Shown here: positions 8,862 to 18,398 of the stretch, piece by piece
Numbering within the stretch: position 1 is the stretch's first letter
Layout of the letters: the number at the start of each line of letters is the position of its first letter
From: Sedimentisphaeraceae bacterium JB056
GTDB taxonomy: Bacteria > Planctomycetota > Phycisphaerae > Sedimentisphaerales > Sedimentisphaeraceae
DNA length: 64,000 bases
NCBI GenBank assembly: GCA_044440125.1
Contig: JBITAJ010000012.1
Span: forward strand, 192,001 to 256,000
Reading direction: 5' to 3'
Made by a program: the position numbers and the translations under genes
Notes under the pieces: generated by a model
Databases searched by the model: none
Told to the model about the DNA's origin: nothing
The model's input: the letters and a program-made list of their open reading frames with translations, nothing else

Positions 8862-11468
8862 ATGAAGAAAATGTTTTTGAGTTGTATGTTTTTGATATTC
8901 ACGGCCAGTCTTTTTGCCGTTGAAGGAAAGCTTCTTGATTTTTGGGATGAGGCTCCGCGTTTGTTCAATTCGGTTGCCGATGAACATGATGTTGACAGAG
9001 ATATGGATAAACGGAATGAGTTTAATTATAAACCTGCAGCTTTTTCTTGTGACAGAAGTGATTTTAAGGTTGGTGATTTCAGTGTTGTCTACACAGTTGC
9101 TAAGTCTGCTCATAAGCCTGTATTTGGTTTTTCAAGCAGTCTCTGGGGACAGACCTGGAAGCTTAATAAAAATATGTCGCTCAAGTTTTTTGTTAAAGTA
9201 AGCGGCGAGAAAACTTTCGATAAGTGGGATGTTGTTTTTGTTGATGAAACGGGCAAAAAGGCTGTAGGGACTATTGAAGGTGTTGGTTTTGAAAAGTGGC
9301 AGAAAGTTTCATTGAAGCTTTCAGTATTAAAACCGGAAGATGGTTTCAATTGGAACTCGGTTAAGTTATGTCAGTTTAAAGGTGCTTTTTCCGCTGATAG
9401 TAAAGTCTGGTTTGATGGAGTAAGATTTGAAACTGCTAACGGGAATATTATTGGTGTTACGGATAAGCATCTTTCACAGTGGATGAATGAGGCTGAAGAT
9501 ACCCGCGAAATTCGTATCGATAAAGCGATGTCAGATACGGCAAGGAAAGATGCTTTTGCTGTTGTAAGTGCGTTTGCGAAGATGTATCTGAACCAGGATC
9601 TTGACGCAGCGAATAAAGCATTGGTTGAGGAGCTTAAAAAGAGTGATGAAGGCAATGCCTGGAGCCTGCTGCATACACCCCTTTACTGCCGTTTCTATTA
9701 TAATTTTTCAAATAGAGTCGGAAAGTATCCGGGGCGTATGACTCCTGAAACAGAAAAATTATTACTCGAAACTCTTTGGGAACGTACTGTTGCCAAGAAT
9801 GATATTGCCTGGGCAAGGCAGAGTACATGGTGGATGGACGGCAGTGAGAATCACGATCTAAATGCTAAGGCATGTAATTTGGTAACCAGCCGTATTTTTA
9901 TGAATGAGCCGGAATACAAAGATCGTATTTATCCTGATTATGGTTATGGCGGTGCTTATCATTATGGTCATGCCGGTTATTACGGCACAGGTGTTGATCC
10001 GGATCGACACGGCGGCGGCAGGGCGGAGCTTGCTGACGGAAAACAGTATAATGCTGCAGATCATTACGAGGCGTGGCTTGCTTATATCAAAGAATATTTT
10101 TCAGAAAGAGCTCGCCGCGGATTCTATCTCGAAAGAGCAGCTCCCGGCTATACACATCATACTTTTAATTTTGTTGAACTTGCCTATACCTATAGCGGTG
10201 ATAAAGAGCTTGAAGGCATAATTGATGATTTTATGGATGTCTTTTGGGCTGATTGTGCACAGGAATCCATAGGCACGATAAGGGGCGGCCCTAAAACACG
10301 CCATCATTATAAGGTCGGCAGTGCTACTGATGGAGTTCATGGATTTGTGGAATTCCAGCTTGGAGGACCGGGCAACGGAGCCTGCTGGTGGTATTACAAT
10401 ATGATAAACGATTATCGTTTACCGGCGGTAGTGTGGGCGATGTCGATAGACAGACAGGGTATGGGATGCTTTGAGTATAAGTCTCGCGGAATTGGTGAAG
10501 AACAGAATATCTGGCCTCGCCCGCTCGGTCAAGAGCGTGCAATGCTTTGTGATACGGATTCTCGCTTCCTGAAATATTCTTATATTACACCTGACTATAT
10601 CCTGAGTACCCAGATGGATCATCCCGCAGCGGTCCATAGTCATCTCAGTGTTGCAGGTCGATGGCACGGAATGGTATTTGGTGAGTCTGATGCGGCAAGA
10701 ATTGTGCCTATTGGATTACCTTCGGTTGATGCCAAGACTAAAAAGAAATCACAGGTCGATATGGAAATGATGTATAAGACGGCTCAGTATAAAAATACTC
10801 TCATTGTTCAACAGTCGCGTAATTATAACGTTGTTCACCCTACATGGTATCCATCATATTACGGTCGTCACGAAAAACCGATGGGCGTGTGGCTTGGTAA
10901 TGATTGGGACAAGCTTGTGGAGAAGAGCGGCTGGATATTTGTGCAGAAGGGCAACGCTTATGCTGCTGTTCGCGTGGTACTCTGGGATGAAGAATATGAG
11001 AAGCAAAAGAAAGAGAAGCAAGCTGAGGGTAATCAGAAATTTTTCCATGGAACCAATGATGATCCAACAGTTAAGCTGAGCGAAGACTGTTATTCATGGA
11101 ACGAAGCTCATACCATTATAGAGTTCAAGAATATATTCAGCCCGGTAATAATCGAAGCAGGCAGAAAGGCTGATTATTCTTCGCTCGAAGATTTTATGGC
11201 CGATGTGCTTGATAATCCGATCGCACTTTATAAAACGGTCGTCCCCGGCTTCGATATTCTTGTCTATACCGGTTGCGGTAAAGATGCTCCGGAAATTGAA
11301 TTTAACGGCGCTAACAATGCTATCACTACTTTCAACAGGGAATATATTGACTACAGTTACCCAATGACATTTGATAGTCCGTTTATTAAATCACCGTACA
11401 AGAGCGGAATTATTGATTTCAGTTTTGACGGTATGAATAAGCAAAATATCTTTAAGTTCAAAAGATAA
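8862..11468 (+). CDS. Secreted 'SENH' family protein with an N-terminal CBM-like beta-sandwich
   Basis: Start moved to ATG 8862 (RBS aagga, signal peptide). DGSENHD, ERAAPGY, RGGPKTR, YSYITPDY and RWHGM match 5204..7969. N-terminal WQKVSL..FNWNSV..VWFDGVRF resembles a galactose-binding-like module. Confidence 0.75.
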   Translation: MKKMFLSCMFLIFTASLFAVEGKLLDFWDEAPRLFNSVADEHDVDRDMDKRNEFNYKPAAFSCDRSDFKVGDFSVVYTVAKSAHKPVFGFSSSLWGQTWKLNKNMSLKFFVKVSGEKTFDKWDVVFVDETGKKAVGTIEGVGFEKWQKVSLKLSVLKPEDGFNWNSVKLCQFKGAFSADSKVWFDGVRFETANGNIIGVTDKHLSQWMNEAEDTREIRIDKAMSDTARKDAFAVVSAFAKMYLNQDLDAANKALVEELKKSDEGNAWSLLHTPLYCRFYYNFSNRVGKYPGRMTPETEKLLLETLWERTVAKNDIAWARQSTWWMDGSENHDLNAKACNLVTSRIFMNEPEYKDRIYPDYGYGGAYHYGHAGYYGTGVDPDRHGGGRAELADGKQYNAADHYEAWLAYIKEYFSERARRGFYLERAAPGYTHHTFNFVELAYTYSGDKELEGIIDDFMDVFWADCAQESIGTIRGGPKTRHHYKVGSATDGVHGFVEFQLGGPGNGACWWYYNMINDYRLPAVVWAMSIDRQGMGCFEYKSRGIGEEQNIWPRPLGQERAMLCDTDSRFLKYSYITPDYILSTQMDHPAAVHSHLSVAGRWHGMVFGESDAARIVPIGLPSVDAKTKKKSQVDMEMMYKTAQYKNTLIVQQSRNYNVVHPTWYPSYYGRHEKPMGVWLGNDWDKLVEKSGWIFVQKGNAYAAVRVVLWDEEYEKQKKEKQAEGNQKFFHGTNDDPTVKLSEDCYSWNEAHTIIEFKNIFSPVIIEAGRKADYSSLEDFMADVLDNPIALYKTVVPGFDILVYTGCGKDAPEIEFNGANNAITTFNREYIDYSYPMTFDSPFIKSPYKSGIIDFSFDGMNKQNIFKFKR

Positions 11469-11487
11469 ACAGGTTTATTTCTATATG

Positions 11488-11524
11488 AAAAAGGCTCGCT
11501 GTTTGATTTCAGCGAGCCTTTTTT
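11488..11524. terminator. Bidirectional intrinsic terminator
   Basis: aaaaaggctcgctg-loop-cagcgagccttttt between convergent genes. Confidence 0.85.
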
Positions 11525-11528
11525 AATT

Positions 11529-12248
11529 TTACGAGCCAAGTGGGAATTTCTTTATGTCTTTGAATTCCCGTGGATATTTCGACGGTGTGTTTTTGATCTT
11601 TGTTGCTTCGATTAGTCTGCATTCACTTTGCTGCTGATCCGGCAGTTGGTAAGGCAGGTCCCTGATGTTGCCCATCCCGAGTATCTCGAGAGCTCTCTTT
11701 CCAGCGGGCATTTCCTCTGCTATTCGAGGGCCTTTCCATGTGAGAAACTTTCCGCCCTTGCGAAGGAAGGGCACCGTAAGCTCTGCAATCATTTCGAGTT
11801 TGCCAACCGCTCTCGTTACCGTAAAATCAAATTTCTGCCAGTAATCTTCTTCAGTTGCCAGTTCCTCAGCCCTGTCCTGAATTATATCAATGTTGTCAAG
11901 GCCAAGCTGCTCAACGACAAGATTCTGGAAATCAGTCTTCTTTCCCGTTGCTTCAACAGAGGTGAAATTCCAGTTCGGGAAAGCGATGGCAAGCGGAAGT
12001 ACCGGGAAGCCTGCGCCTGAGCCTATATCTATGAGGAAAGGCATGGAGCCGCTTTTCTCTTCGTATGCTTTCATGAGATCAAAGGCAGCGAGGCTGTCAA
12101 TGAAATGTTTGGTCATTATCTGATCAGGCTCTACGATTCTCGTGAGATTACATTTGAGGTTTTCTGTTATAAGCAGCCGGCTTAATTTTTCAAACTGGTC
12201 TTTTTGATTTTGAGAAAGCTGGTCGTATGCTTTTTGAATGTCATTCAT
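11529..12248 (-). CDS. rsmG: 16S rRNA (guanine527-N7)-methyltransferase
   Basis: NLTRI, HFIDSL, DIGSGAGFP, RAEEL, TRAV, KTP.KYPR. Confidence 0.95.
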   Translation of the reverse strand: MNDIQKAYDQLSQNQKDQFEKLSRLLITENLKCNLTRIVEPDQIMTKHFIDSLAAFDLMKAYEEKSGSMPFLIDIGSGAGFPVLPLAIAFPNWNFTSVEATGKKTDFQNLVVEQLGLDNIDIIQDRAEELATEEDYWQKFDFTVTRAVGKLEMIAELTVPFLRKGGKFLTWKGPRIAEEMPAGKRALEILGMGNIRDLPYQLPDQQQSECRLIEATKIKNTPSKYPREFKDIKKFPLGS

Positions 12249-12251
12249 ATA

Positions 12252-13211
12252 TTATTTTTCAGATTCCGTTTTTTCGGATTGTGTTATTATTGGTTTTCGT
12301 ATCCATTTGTTTTTACGGTTTTTCATGCTGCTCAGAAGGCTGTACATTGCAAAACCGCAGAAAGATACGACAAGCGATATGGACAGCGATACAAATATCA
12401 TCGCTATTATACCGACACACCAGATGAGTGTTACGACGGGTTTTTGACCTTTAAAGATAAGGTTCAGCAAGTGGGGATACTTGATTCTGCTTATCATCAA
12501 TATTCCCAGTCCGATAGCTATTAATGGAAGAGTGTATGATACTGTTACTTCGAATACTTGAGACAATATTGAATCTGGTCCCGGGTTTAGGAACAGTCGC
12601 TGCTGGAAAACGATAAGACTTGTGAGTACGCCTGCCGCAGCCGGAGATGGTATTCCGACAAAATACATATGTGCACTCTCATCTTCTTCATTCTCAACAT
12701 TGAATCTTGCGAGTCTTATTGCGGTACAGGCAAGATATATCGCCGCTGAGAACCAGATGAATCTAAAGAACAGACTTTCACCCATTGCCGGAAGTGTTAC
12801 GGCATTTTCAAATTCGTGTTTCAGAAACTGCCACATCAAAAATGCCGGTGCTATACCGAAACTTACAATATCGCTTAGGCTGTCAAGCTGACCGCCGAAG
12901 CTTGATGTCGTCTGGCTCATTCTTGCCACGCGGCCGTCAAGCACATCCATTATCATCGCGATGAAAATCATAAGGCCGGCAAGACCGAGGTTTGTGAATT
13001 CCAGATCATGCAAACGGAACATCGGCTCGCCATCCTGAAATCCCTTGCTCGCAAGGCACATTGATGCGAAACCGAAAACGCAATTCAGCAAAGTGATCAA
13101 AGAAGGCAATACCGCAATATATTTGAGGCGTTTCTTTCTCACCTTACGTAAAAAACGCCGGCGGTTCGAGGAGCCTGTTGATATTGCTTTGCTTTTTGAT
13201 TTTTCTTGCAT
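12252..13211 (-). CDS. pssA: CDP-diacylglycerol--serine O-phosphatidyltransferase
   Basis: DVLDGRVAR...FGGQLDSLSDIVSFG, RLARFN, F.GIPSPAAA; adjacent to psd. Confidence 0.92.
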   Translation of the reverse strand: MQEKSKSKAISTGSSNRRRFLRKVRKKRLKYIAVLPSLITLLNCVFGFASMCLASKGFQDGEPMFRLHDLEFTNLGLAGLMIFIAMIMDVLDGRVARMSQTTSSFGGQLDSLSDIVSFGIAPAFLMWQFLKHEFENAVTLPAMGESLFFRFIWFSAAIYLACTAIRLARFNVENEEDESAHMYFVGIPSPAAAGVLTSLIVFQQRLFLNPGPDSILSQVFEVTVSYTLPLIAIGLGILMISRIKYPHLLNLIFKGQKPVVTLIWCVGIIAMIFVSLSISLVVSFCGFAMYSLLSSMKNRKNKWIRKPIITQSEKTESEK

Positions 13212-13217
13212 ACAGTT

Positions 13218-13913
13218 TTATCCCTCAAGATCAAATTCGATCAGTTTGTTTAATCCTGCTCTTACTTTGTCGCCAGGTTTTACGAGACACTTGAAATTGT
13301 CACCGGCAGGCATGTAAATCTCTGTGCAGGAGCCGAATTTTATCATGCCGAATTTCTGGCCGCATTCAAACTCATCACCTTCCATTGCATCACATACAAT
13401 TCGTCTGGCGATAGCACCACTGACCTGCCTGATTATCAATTTGTATCCAGGTTCATTTAGCATGCGGACAGTAACTTCGTTTGCCTCGTTTACTTTTGCG
13501 CAATCGGCATCAAGAGCATTGATGAATTTACCCGGCTTATATGTTATGTTCTCTACAACACACTTGGCAGGCATTCGGTTGACATGCACATTGAATACAC
13601 TCAGGAATATACTTATCCTGAATGCTTTGCCCCCCTCGAATCTTTCATCATCTACAACTTCCGCCACGGTTATCTTGCCGTCAGCCGGTGAAATAAGAAA
13701 GTCATTTCCTGTCGGCACTTTTCGCGGAGGGTCGCGGAAGAAAGACAGTTCCCATATAAATATTATTGCGGCGATAGAAAACAATGTCCACATTACAGGC
13801 TGGGGCATATATTTTTTCAGACAAAATATAATGATCATCAGCACTATTGTAATTAGCGGATAAACCACTACCTGCGGAAAGCCATATTTAGTTATAGGTA
13901 TCATATGTTTCAA
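13218..13913 (-). CDS. psd: Phosphatidylserine decarboxylase proenzyme
   Basis: FFRDPPR, SPADGK, IFLSVFNVHVNR, IARRIV, IKFGS cleavage motif. True start may be ATG 13904. Confidence 0.92.
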   Translation of the reverse strand: MKHMIPITKYGFPQVVVYPLITIVLMIIIFCLKKYMPQPVMWTLFSIAAIIFIWELSFFRDPPRKVPTGNDFLISPADGKITVAEVVDDERFEGGKAFRISIFLSVFNVHVNRMPAKCVVENITYKPGKFINALDADCAKVNEANEVTVRMLNEPGYKLIIRQVSGAIARRIVCDAMEGDEFECGQKFGMIKFGSCTEIYMPAGDNFKCLVKPGDKVRAGLNKLIEFDLEG

Positions 13914-13930
13914 TTATCCGTAAAGGTCAA

Positions 13931-15727
13931 TCAGTCATCATTCTTAAGTACGCTCATGAAGGCATCCTGTGGAATATTAACAGAAGCAATACTCTTCATA
14001 CGCTTCTTTCCTTCCTTCTGCTTCTTGAGCACTTTCATCTTACGCGTGATATCTCCGCCGTATAATTTTGCGGTAACATCCTTACGGTACGCCTTGATTG
14101 TTTCACGCGCAATTACTTTTCCGCCTATCGCTACTTGCAGAGGCACTTCGAATTGCTGACGCGGTATCGCTTTTCTCAGTCTGGTTATGAGTTTACGTCC
14201 GCGTGGTTCGGCGTTGCTCCTGTGAACGATGATCGAGAGGGCATCGACCGGTACCTTGTTAACAAGAATGTCGATTCTCACCAGGTCACTTGCTCTATAG
14301 CCGCTAATCTCGTAATCCATGGTGGCATAGCCCCTTGTTGCACCTTTAAGTATGTCATAGAAATCATAAACTATCTCGGCAAGCGGAGCATCGAATTCCA
14401 TCATTACCCTTGTCTGGCTGATGTAATCGGTTTTAACGAGTTTACATCGTCTTTGCTCTGCAAGCTGCATCACCGTACCTATAAAGTCTTTCGGTATGAT
14501 TATCTCAAGTTTTATGAAGGGTTCACGAAGCTCTTCTATGGTAGATCGGTCGGGCATTTGTGATGGTGAGTCGACTTTTATTACCTCGCCATCGGTAGTC
14601 AACACCTCATAGCTTACACTTGGTGCTGTCTGCAATACGCCGATATCGTTTTCTCTCTCAAGCCTCTCCTGAATGATTTCCATATGGAGCAGACCTAAGA
14701 AGCCGCATCTAAATCCGAATCCCAGAGCCGGTGAGTTTTGAGGTATATAGGTAAAGCTTGAATCATTGAGAGCAAGCTTCTCAAACGCTGCCCTCATTTT
14801 AGGGTAATCAGAAGAGTCGGTCGGGTAAAAATCTGAGAATACCATCTGCATTGGAGGCTGGTAACCCGGCAATGGATCAGGTGCAGGATGTACGGCATCT
14901 GTTATGGTATCTCCGATATTCACATCAGCGATACTCTTGATATTTGCTATTAGATAACCAACTTCGCCGGAGCTGAGAGTGTCAACCTCCGTCATAGAAG
15001 GTTTGAATTTTCCGAGTTCTGTTATGACATATGAGCTTTTTTCGCCCATAAACTCTATCTTTTGTCCCTTCTGGAGGGAACCGGAGAACATACGGATATA
15101 ACATATAACACCGCGATAGCCGTCAAAGTGGCTGTCAAAAACCAGTGCCCTTGTAGGCTCATCGTTTCTGTCCTTAGGAGCGGGGAGCTTTTCGATGATT
15201 GCCTCAAGTAGTTGTTCCATTCCAACGCCGCTTTTAGCACTGACTTTATGGCAGTCTTCGCCTGGTATGCCTAAGACATGCTCTATTTCCTCGGCTACAA
15301 CATCAGGTTGTGCCGCGGGGAGATCTACTTTATTTAGCACAGGCAATAATTCAAGGTTGGCATCAACTGCAAGATAAGCATTGGCAACTGTTTGCGCTTC
15401 TACTCCCTGAGCCGCATCAACTACCAGAAGAGCACCTTCGCATGCAGTCAGCGCTCTGGATACTTCATAACTGAAATCCACGTGGCCGGGAGTGTCGATA
15501 AGGTTCAGCATGTATTTCTGGCCCTTATACTCTGTCTCCATCGTTACCGCGGAGGCCTTGATGGTGATTCCACGTTCACGTTCAAGTTCCATGCTGTCCA
15601 GAAGCTGCTCATGGAATTCTCTCTCCGTCACAGCTCCAGTAATAAGCATGAGTCTGTCGGCTATAGTACTCTTGCCGTGGTCAATATGTGCCACGATTGA
15701 GAAATTTCGTATAAATTCTGTTTTCAT
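13931..15727 (-). CDS. lepA: Elongation factor 4 (LepA)
   Basis: IRNFSIVAHIDHGKST, DTPGHVDF, GFRCGFLGLLH, KQKEGKKRMK; 598 aa. Confidence 0.98.
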   Translation of the reverse strand: MKTEFIRNFSIVAHIDHGKSTIADRLMLITGAVTEREFHEQLLDSMELERERGITIKASAVTMETEYKGQKYMLNLIDTPGHVDFSYEVSRALTACEGALLVVDAAQGVEAQTVANAYLAVDANLELLPVLNKVDLPAAQPDVVAEEIEHVLGIPGEDCHKVSAKSGVGMEQLLEAIIEKLPAPKDRNDEPTRALVFDSHFDGYRGVICYIRMFSGSLQKGQKIEFMGEKSSYVITELGKFKPSMTEVDTLSSGEVGYLIANIKSIADVNIGDTITDAVHPAPDPLPGYQPPMQMVFSDFYPTDSSDYPKMRAAFEKLALNDSSFTYIPQNSPALGFGFRCGFLGLLHMEIIQERLERENDIGVLQTAPSVSYEVLTTDGEVIKVDSPSQMPDRSTIEELREPFIKLEIIIPKDFIGTVMQLAEQRRCKLVKTDYISQTRVMMEFDAPLAEIVYDFYDILKGATRGYATMDYEISGYRASDLVRIDILVNKVPVDALSIIVHRSNAEPRGRKLITRLRKAIPRQQFEVPLQVAIGGKVIARETIKAYRKDVTAKLYGGDITRKMKVLKKQKEGKKRMKSIASVNIPQDAFMSVLKNDD

Positions 15728-15839
15728 ATATGTTTATGGTAAATTAATCTAAATCGAAAACATCGGCAAAAAACAAATGCCGATGCAAATATTATCCATA
15801 CTCATTATCATTGTAATGAAATACAAACGCAAAGTCGCA

Positions 15840-15867
15840 ATTATACCATAACCTTATCCGTTGTCAA
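15840..15867 (-). promoter_or_regulatory. Sigma70-type promoter of the lepA operon
   Basis: Minus strand reads TTGACA-16 nt-TATAAT with an extended -10 (TGG-TATAAT). Confidence 0.75.
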
Positions 15868-15970
15868 AAGGGATTATCAGGCAAACCGGTATCATAGGTA
15901 TTTATTGATAATTCAGAAATTGTGTAACCATTCACGGTGTGTTACAAAATTTACATTTTCATGTATTATT

Positions 15971-16145
15971 TGCCCGAAGGGCTTAAAAACAATAGCCCGC
16001 GGCAACGCCGTGGGAATAGATGGTATCGCATATTCTTCCCCTCCCTCCTGTTTTCAGCTTGGCTGAAAACAGGAGGGAGGGGGCTCGGTTTTCCAATTAT
16101 CCAGGGGCGATGCCCCAGGCTATATTATGTAGCCTCTTCGAGGCA
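15971..16145. repeat. REP/REPIN-like nested inverted-repeat element
   Basis: Imperfect ~48-bp outer arms around a perfect 21-bp stem (16038-16058 / 16062-16082, loop ttg). Confidence 0.75.
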
Positions 16146-16280
16146 TAAAACAGTAGTATTTGTGAATGCTTACGAAATTGTGGACAGAGTATTTTTCTTT
16201 TGAGTTAAGTAAATAATCTATAGAATATACTTGTATCTATCTGTATATAATCAACTTAAATTTAAGAATCCAAGCCGGCC

Positions 16281-16919
16281 TTATAATTTTCTTCTTGTGC
16301 ATACATATAAGCAGCTTGTAGCTAGCAAAGCGAATGTTGAAGGTTCAGGAACAGTATCAGGTGTTGGCAGATGACCTGTCACAGATATATCCGTTATTGG
16401 TAAGGTTGGATCTGCCGCCAAAAAGCCCGAATTGCAAATGGTGTTGGTGATTTCATCGCCTGCGTTGCCGTCTTTTGCGTAAAAATCGCCCCATACAGGG
16501 CTGCGATAGCTGTCAAATTTCAATGTTAAAGCTGTCCCTGCCGTATCATCGAATTTGATTCCGTAAATGTCTCCCGGCATGTAAGGGTTTCCCGGACCTG
16601 GTGTAAAAGAACCGATTTCTATTGATGATCCGGGGCTTTCTATGTTGAATATGTCAGATACATCAAAATTGATTGAAGTCTCAAGTATAAAATGGCTGAC
16701 ATTGCCCCTGTAAACATTGAGTGTATATTCGTAATGCCATACACCATCCACTGTCTTTGAGACATTCCATTCCAATGTCGCCGGAGTCCAGTTATCTATT
16801 CCGGTTCCATCTATCCATACCCCTGTTCCTTCCATTTGTCCTGTAACTGCCGATAAAACCCCATAGCCGGCAATTACGCTGGACGCCGATAATAGCAATA
16901 AAATATAACCGCACTTCAT
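16281..16919 (-). CDS. PEP-CTERM sorting-domain protein
   Basis: Signal peptide; C-terminal VPEPSTFALLATSCLYVCTRRKL. Confidence 0.88.
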   Translation of the reverse strand: MKCGYILLLLSASSVIAGYGVLSAVTGQMEGTGVWIDGTGIDNWTPATLEWNVSKTVDGVWHYEYTLNVYRGNVSHFILETSINFDVSDIFNIESPGSSIEIGSFTPGPGNPYMPGDIYGIKFDDTAGTALTLKFDSYRSPVWGDFYAKDGNAGDEITNTICNSGFLAADPTLPITDISVTGHLPTPDTVPEPSTFALLATSCLYVCTRRKL

Positions 16920-17160
16920 ATTGCCACCGCTTCCTTTCTCCCAAAATAATAATATATTTTAGTGCTTTCTGATGTCAGAAAGCCCCTCCATTTGCGGGAA
17001 CTGTCAAGATGTACGTATTTAAACTACTAAACAGTATGTCCTGGTGCTTAGATAACTTTAAACATCAGACTTGCTTTTATGCGGAGATTTAGATGCAATG
17101 CTAAGAAGATTTGTTAAGTAAACAACCCCTATCTACTCCTCTATTTCCTACAGGAAATTC

Positions 17161-17188
17161 ATTATACCATACGGTTGCCTGTAATCAA
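17161..17188 (-). promoter_or_regulatory. Candidate sigma70 promoter for the PEP-CTERM gene
   Basis: Minus strand TTGATT-16 nt-TATAAT with TGG extension. Confidence 0.45.
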
Positions 17189-17338
17189 AACTTTTTTGTG
17201 CTGACATGGTCTATATTGTGAATTTTGTTTGATTTTGTATTATGAAACTATTTTGAACGCAAAACTTTACCGAACTTGTTATATTTTAAAAGCATTGTGA
17301 CGTATATAAATGGTGTTTTAATTTTAAGGAATTTGAAA

Positions 17339-18373
17339 ATGGCTCAAACATCTCGTGAGGTTGTTAGAAAAACGCTTAAATTTGACTGTCCGGATCGCAT
17401 TGCACGGCATACCTGGGTGTTGCCGTGGGCGACTGATAATTATAAAGAAGATATAAAGAGGCTTGCGACTGAATATCCCGATGATATTGTGACTGCGCCT
17501 AATGTCTACAATAAGTCATCTATAGTAAAGGGCGATCCCTATGAAATAGGTGTGTATATAGATGAGTGGGGCTGTGAATTTGAAAATATACATAAAGGGA
17601 TAATCGGCGAGGTTAAAAAGCCTGCTATCGAAGACCCTAAAGACCTTCCAGGTCTGCATTGCCCCTATGATATATTGCCGGAAAATAAGGAGCAGGCAAA
17701 GAAGAAAGTTAATGATTTTTGCGCATCAACAGATAAATTTGTTATGGCAGGCTGTTGCCCGAGACCATGGGAAAGGCTGCAGTTTCTTCGCGGCACAGTC
17801 AATGCCATGATGGATATAATGATGCCTGATAGCGGTGTGAAGGAGCTTATAAATGAAATCCACAAATTTTACATGGCAGAGCTTGAATTTTGGGTAGATA
17901 CCGATGTCGATGCCTTGATGTTTATGGATGACTGGGGTTCACAGACGAGCCTGCTTATTCCACCGCCGCTCTGGGAAGATATATTCAAGCCTCTATATAA
18001 GGATTATTGTGATATCGCACATAAGAACGGCAAATTCATAATGATGCATAGTGATGGCTGTATTACCGCTATATATCCTCATTTGATAGAAATAGGCGTT
18101 GATGCTGTTAATTCGCAGCTTTTCTGCATGGATATGGATGAGCTTGCTAAGATTGCCAAGGGGAAGATAACTTTCTGGGGTGAGATTGACAGGCAGCATG
18201 TAATGCCTTCGGACAATGTGCAGGATGCGATAGATGCGGTTGATAAAGTTGCTTCATTTCTTTACCAACCATCTGGCGGAGTTATAGCTCAATTTGAGGT
18301 TGGCCCCGGAACTAATATCGAGAACGCCTTTGCAGTACACAGAAGATGGCAGCAGATCGCTGAAAATAAATAA
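17339..18373 (+). CDS. Uroporphyrinogen decarboxylase / MtaA-CmuA superfamily protein
   Basis: DEWGC, WERLQFLRG, DDWGSQ, MHSDG, FWGEIDRQH; start moved to ATG 17339 (RBS aagga). Confidence 0.85.
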   Translation: MAQTSREVVRKTLKFDCPDRIARHTWVLPWATDNYKEDIKRLATEYPDDIVTAPNVYNKSSIVKGDPYEIGVYIDEWGCEFENIHKGIIGEVKKPAIEDPKDLPGLHCPYDILPENKEQAKKKVNDFCASTDKFVMAGCCPRPWERLQFLRGTVNAMMDIMMPDSGVKELINEIHKFYMAELEFWVDTDVDALMFMDDWGSQTSLLIPPPLWEDIFKPLYKDYCDIAHKNGKFIMMHSDGCITAIYPHLIEIGVDAVNSQLFCMDMDELAKIAKGKITFWGEIDRQHVMPSDNVQDAIDAVDKVASFLYQPSGGVIAQFEVGPGTNIENAFAVHRRWQQIAENK

Positions 18374-18398
18374 TTCTCCTGTTAACTTAAGTCTATTC

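Noticed and set aside
15937..16203. 88-aa ORF in the lepA/PEP-CTERM gap
   Set aside because: It spans the palindromic repeat element, which explains the open frame; no protein motif.
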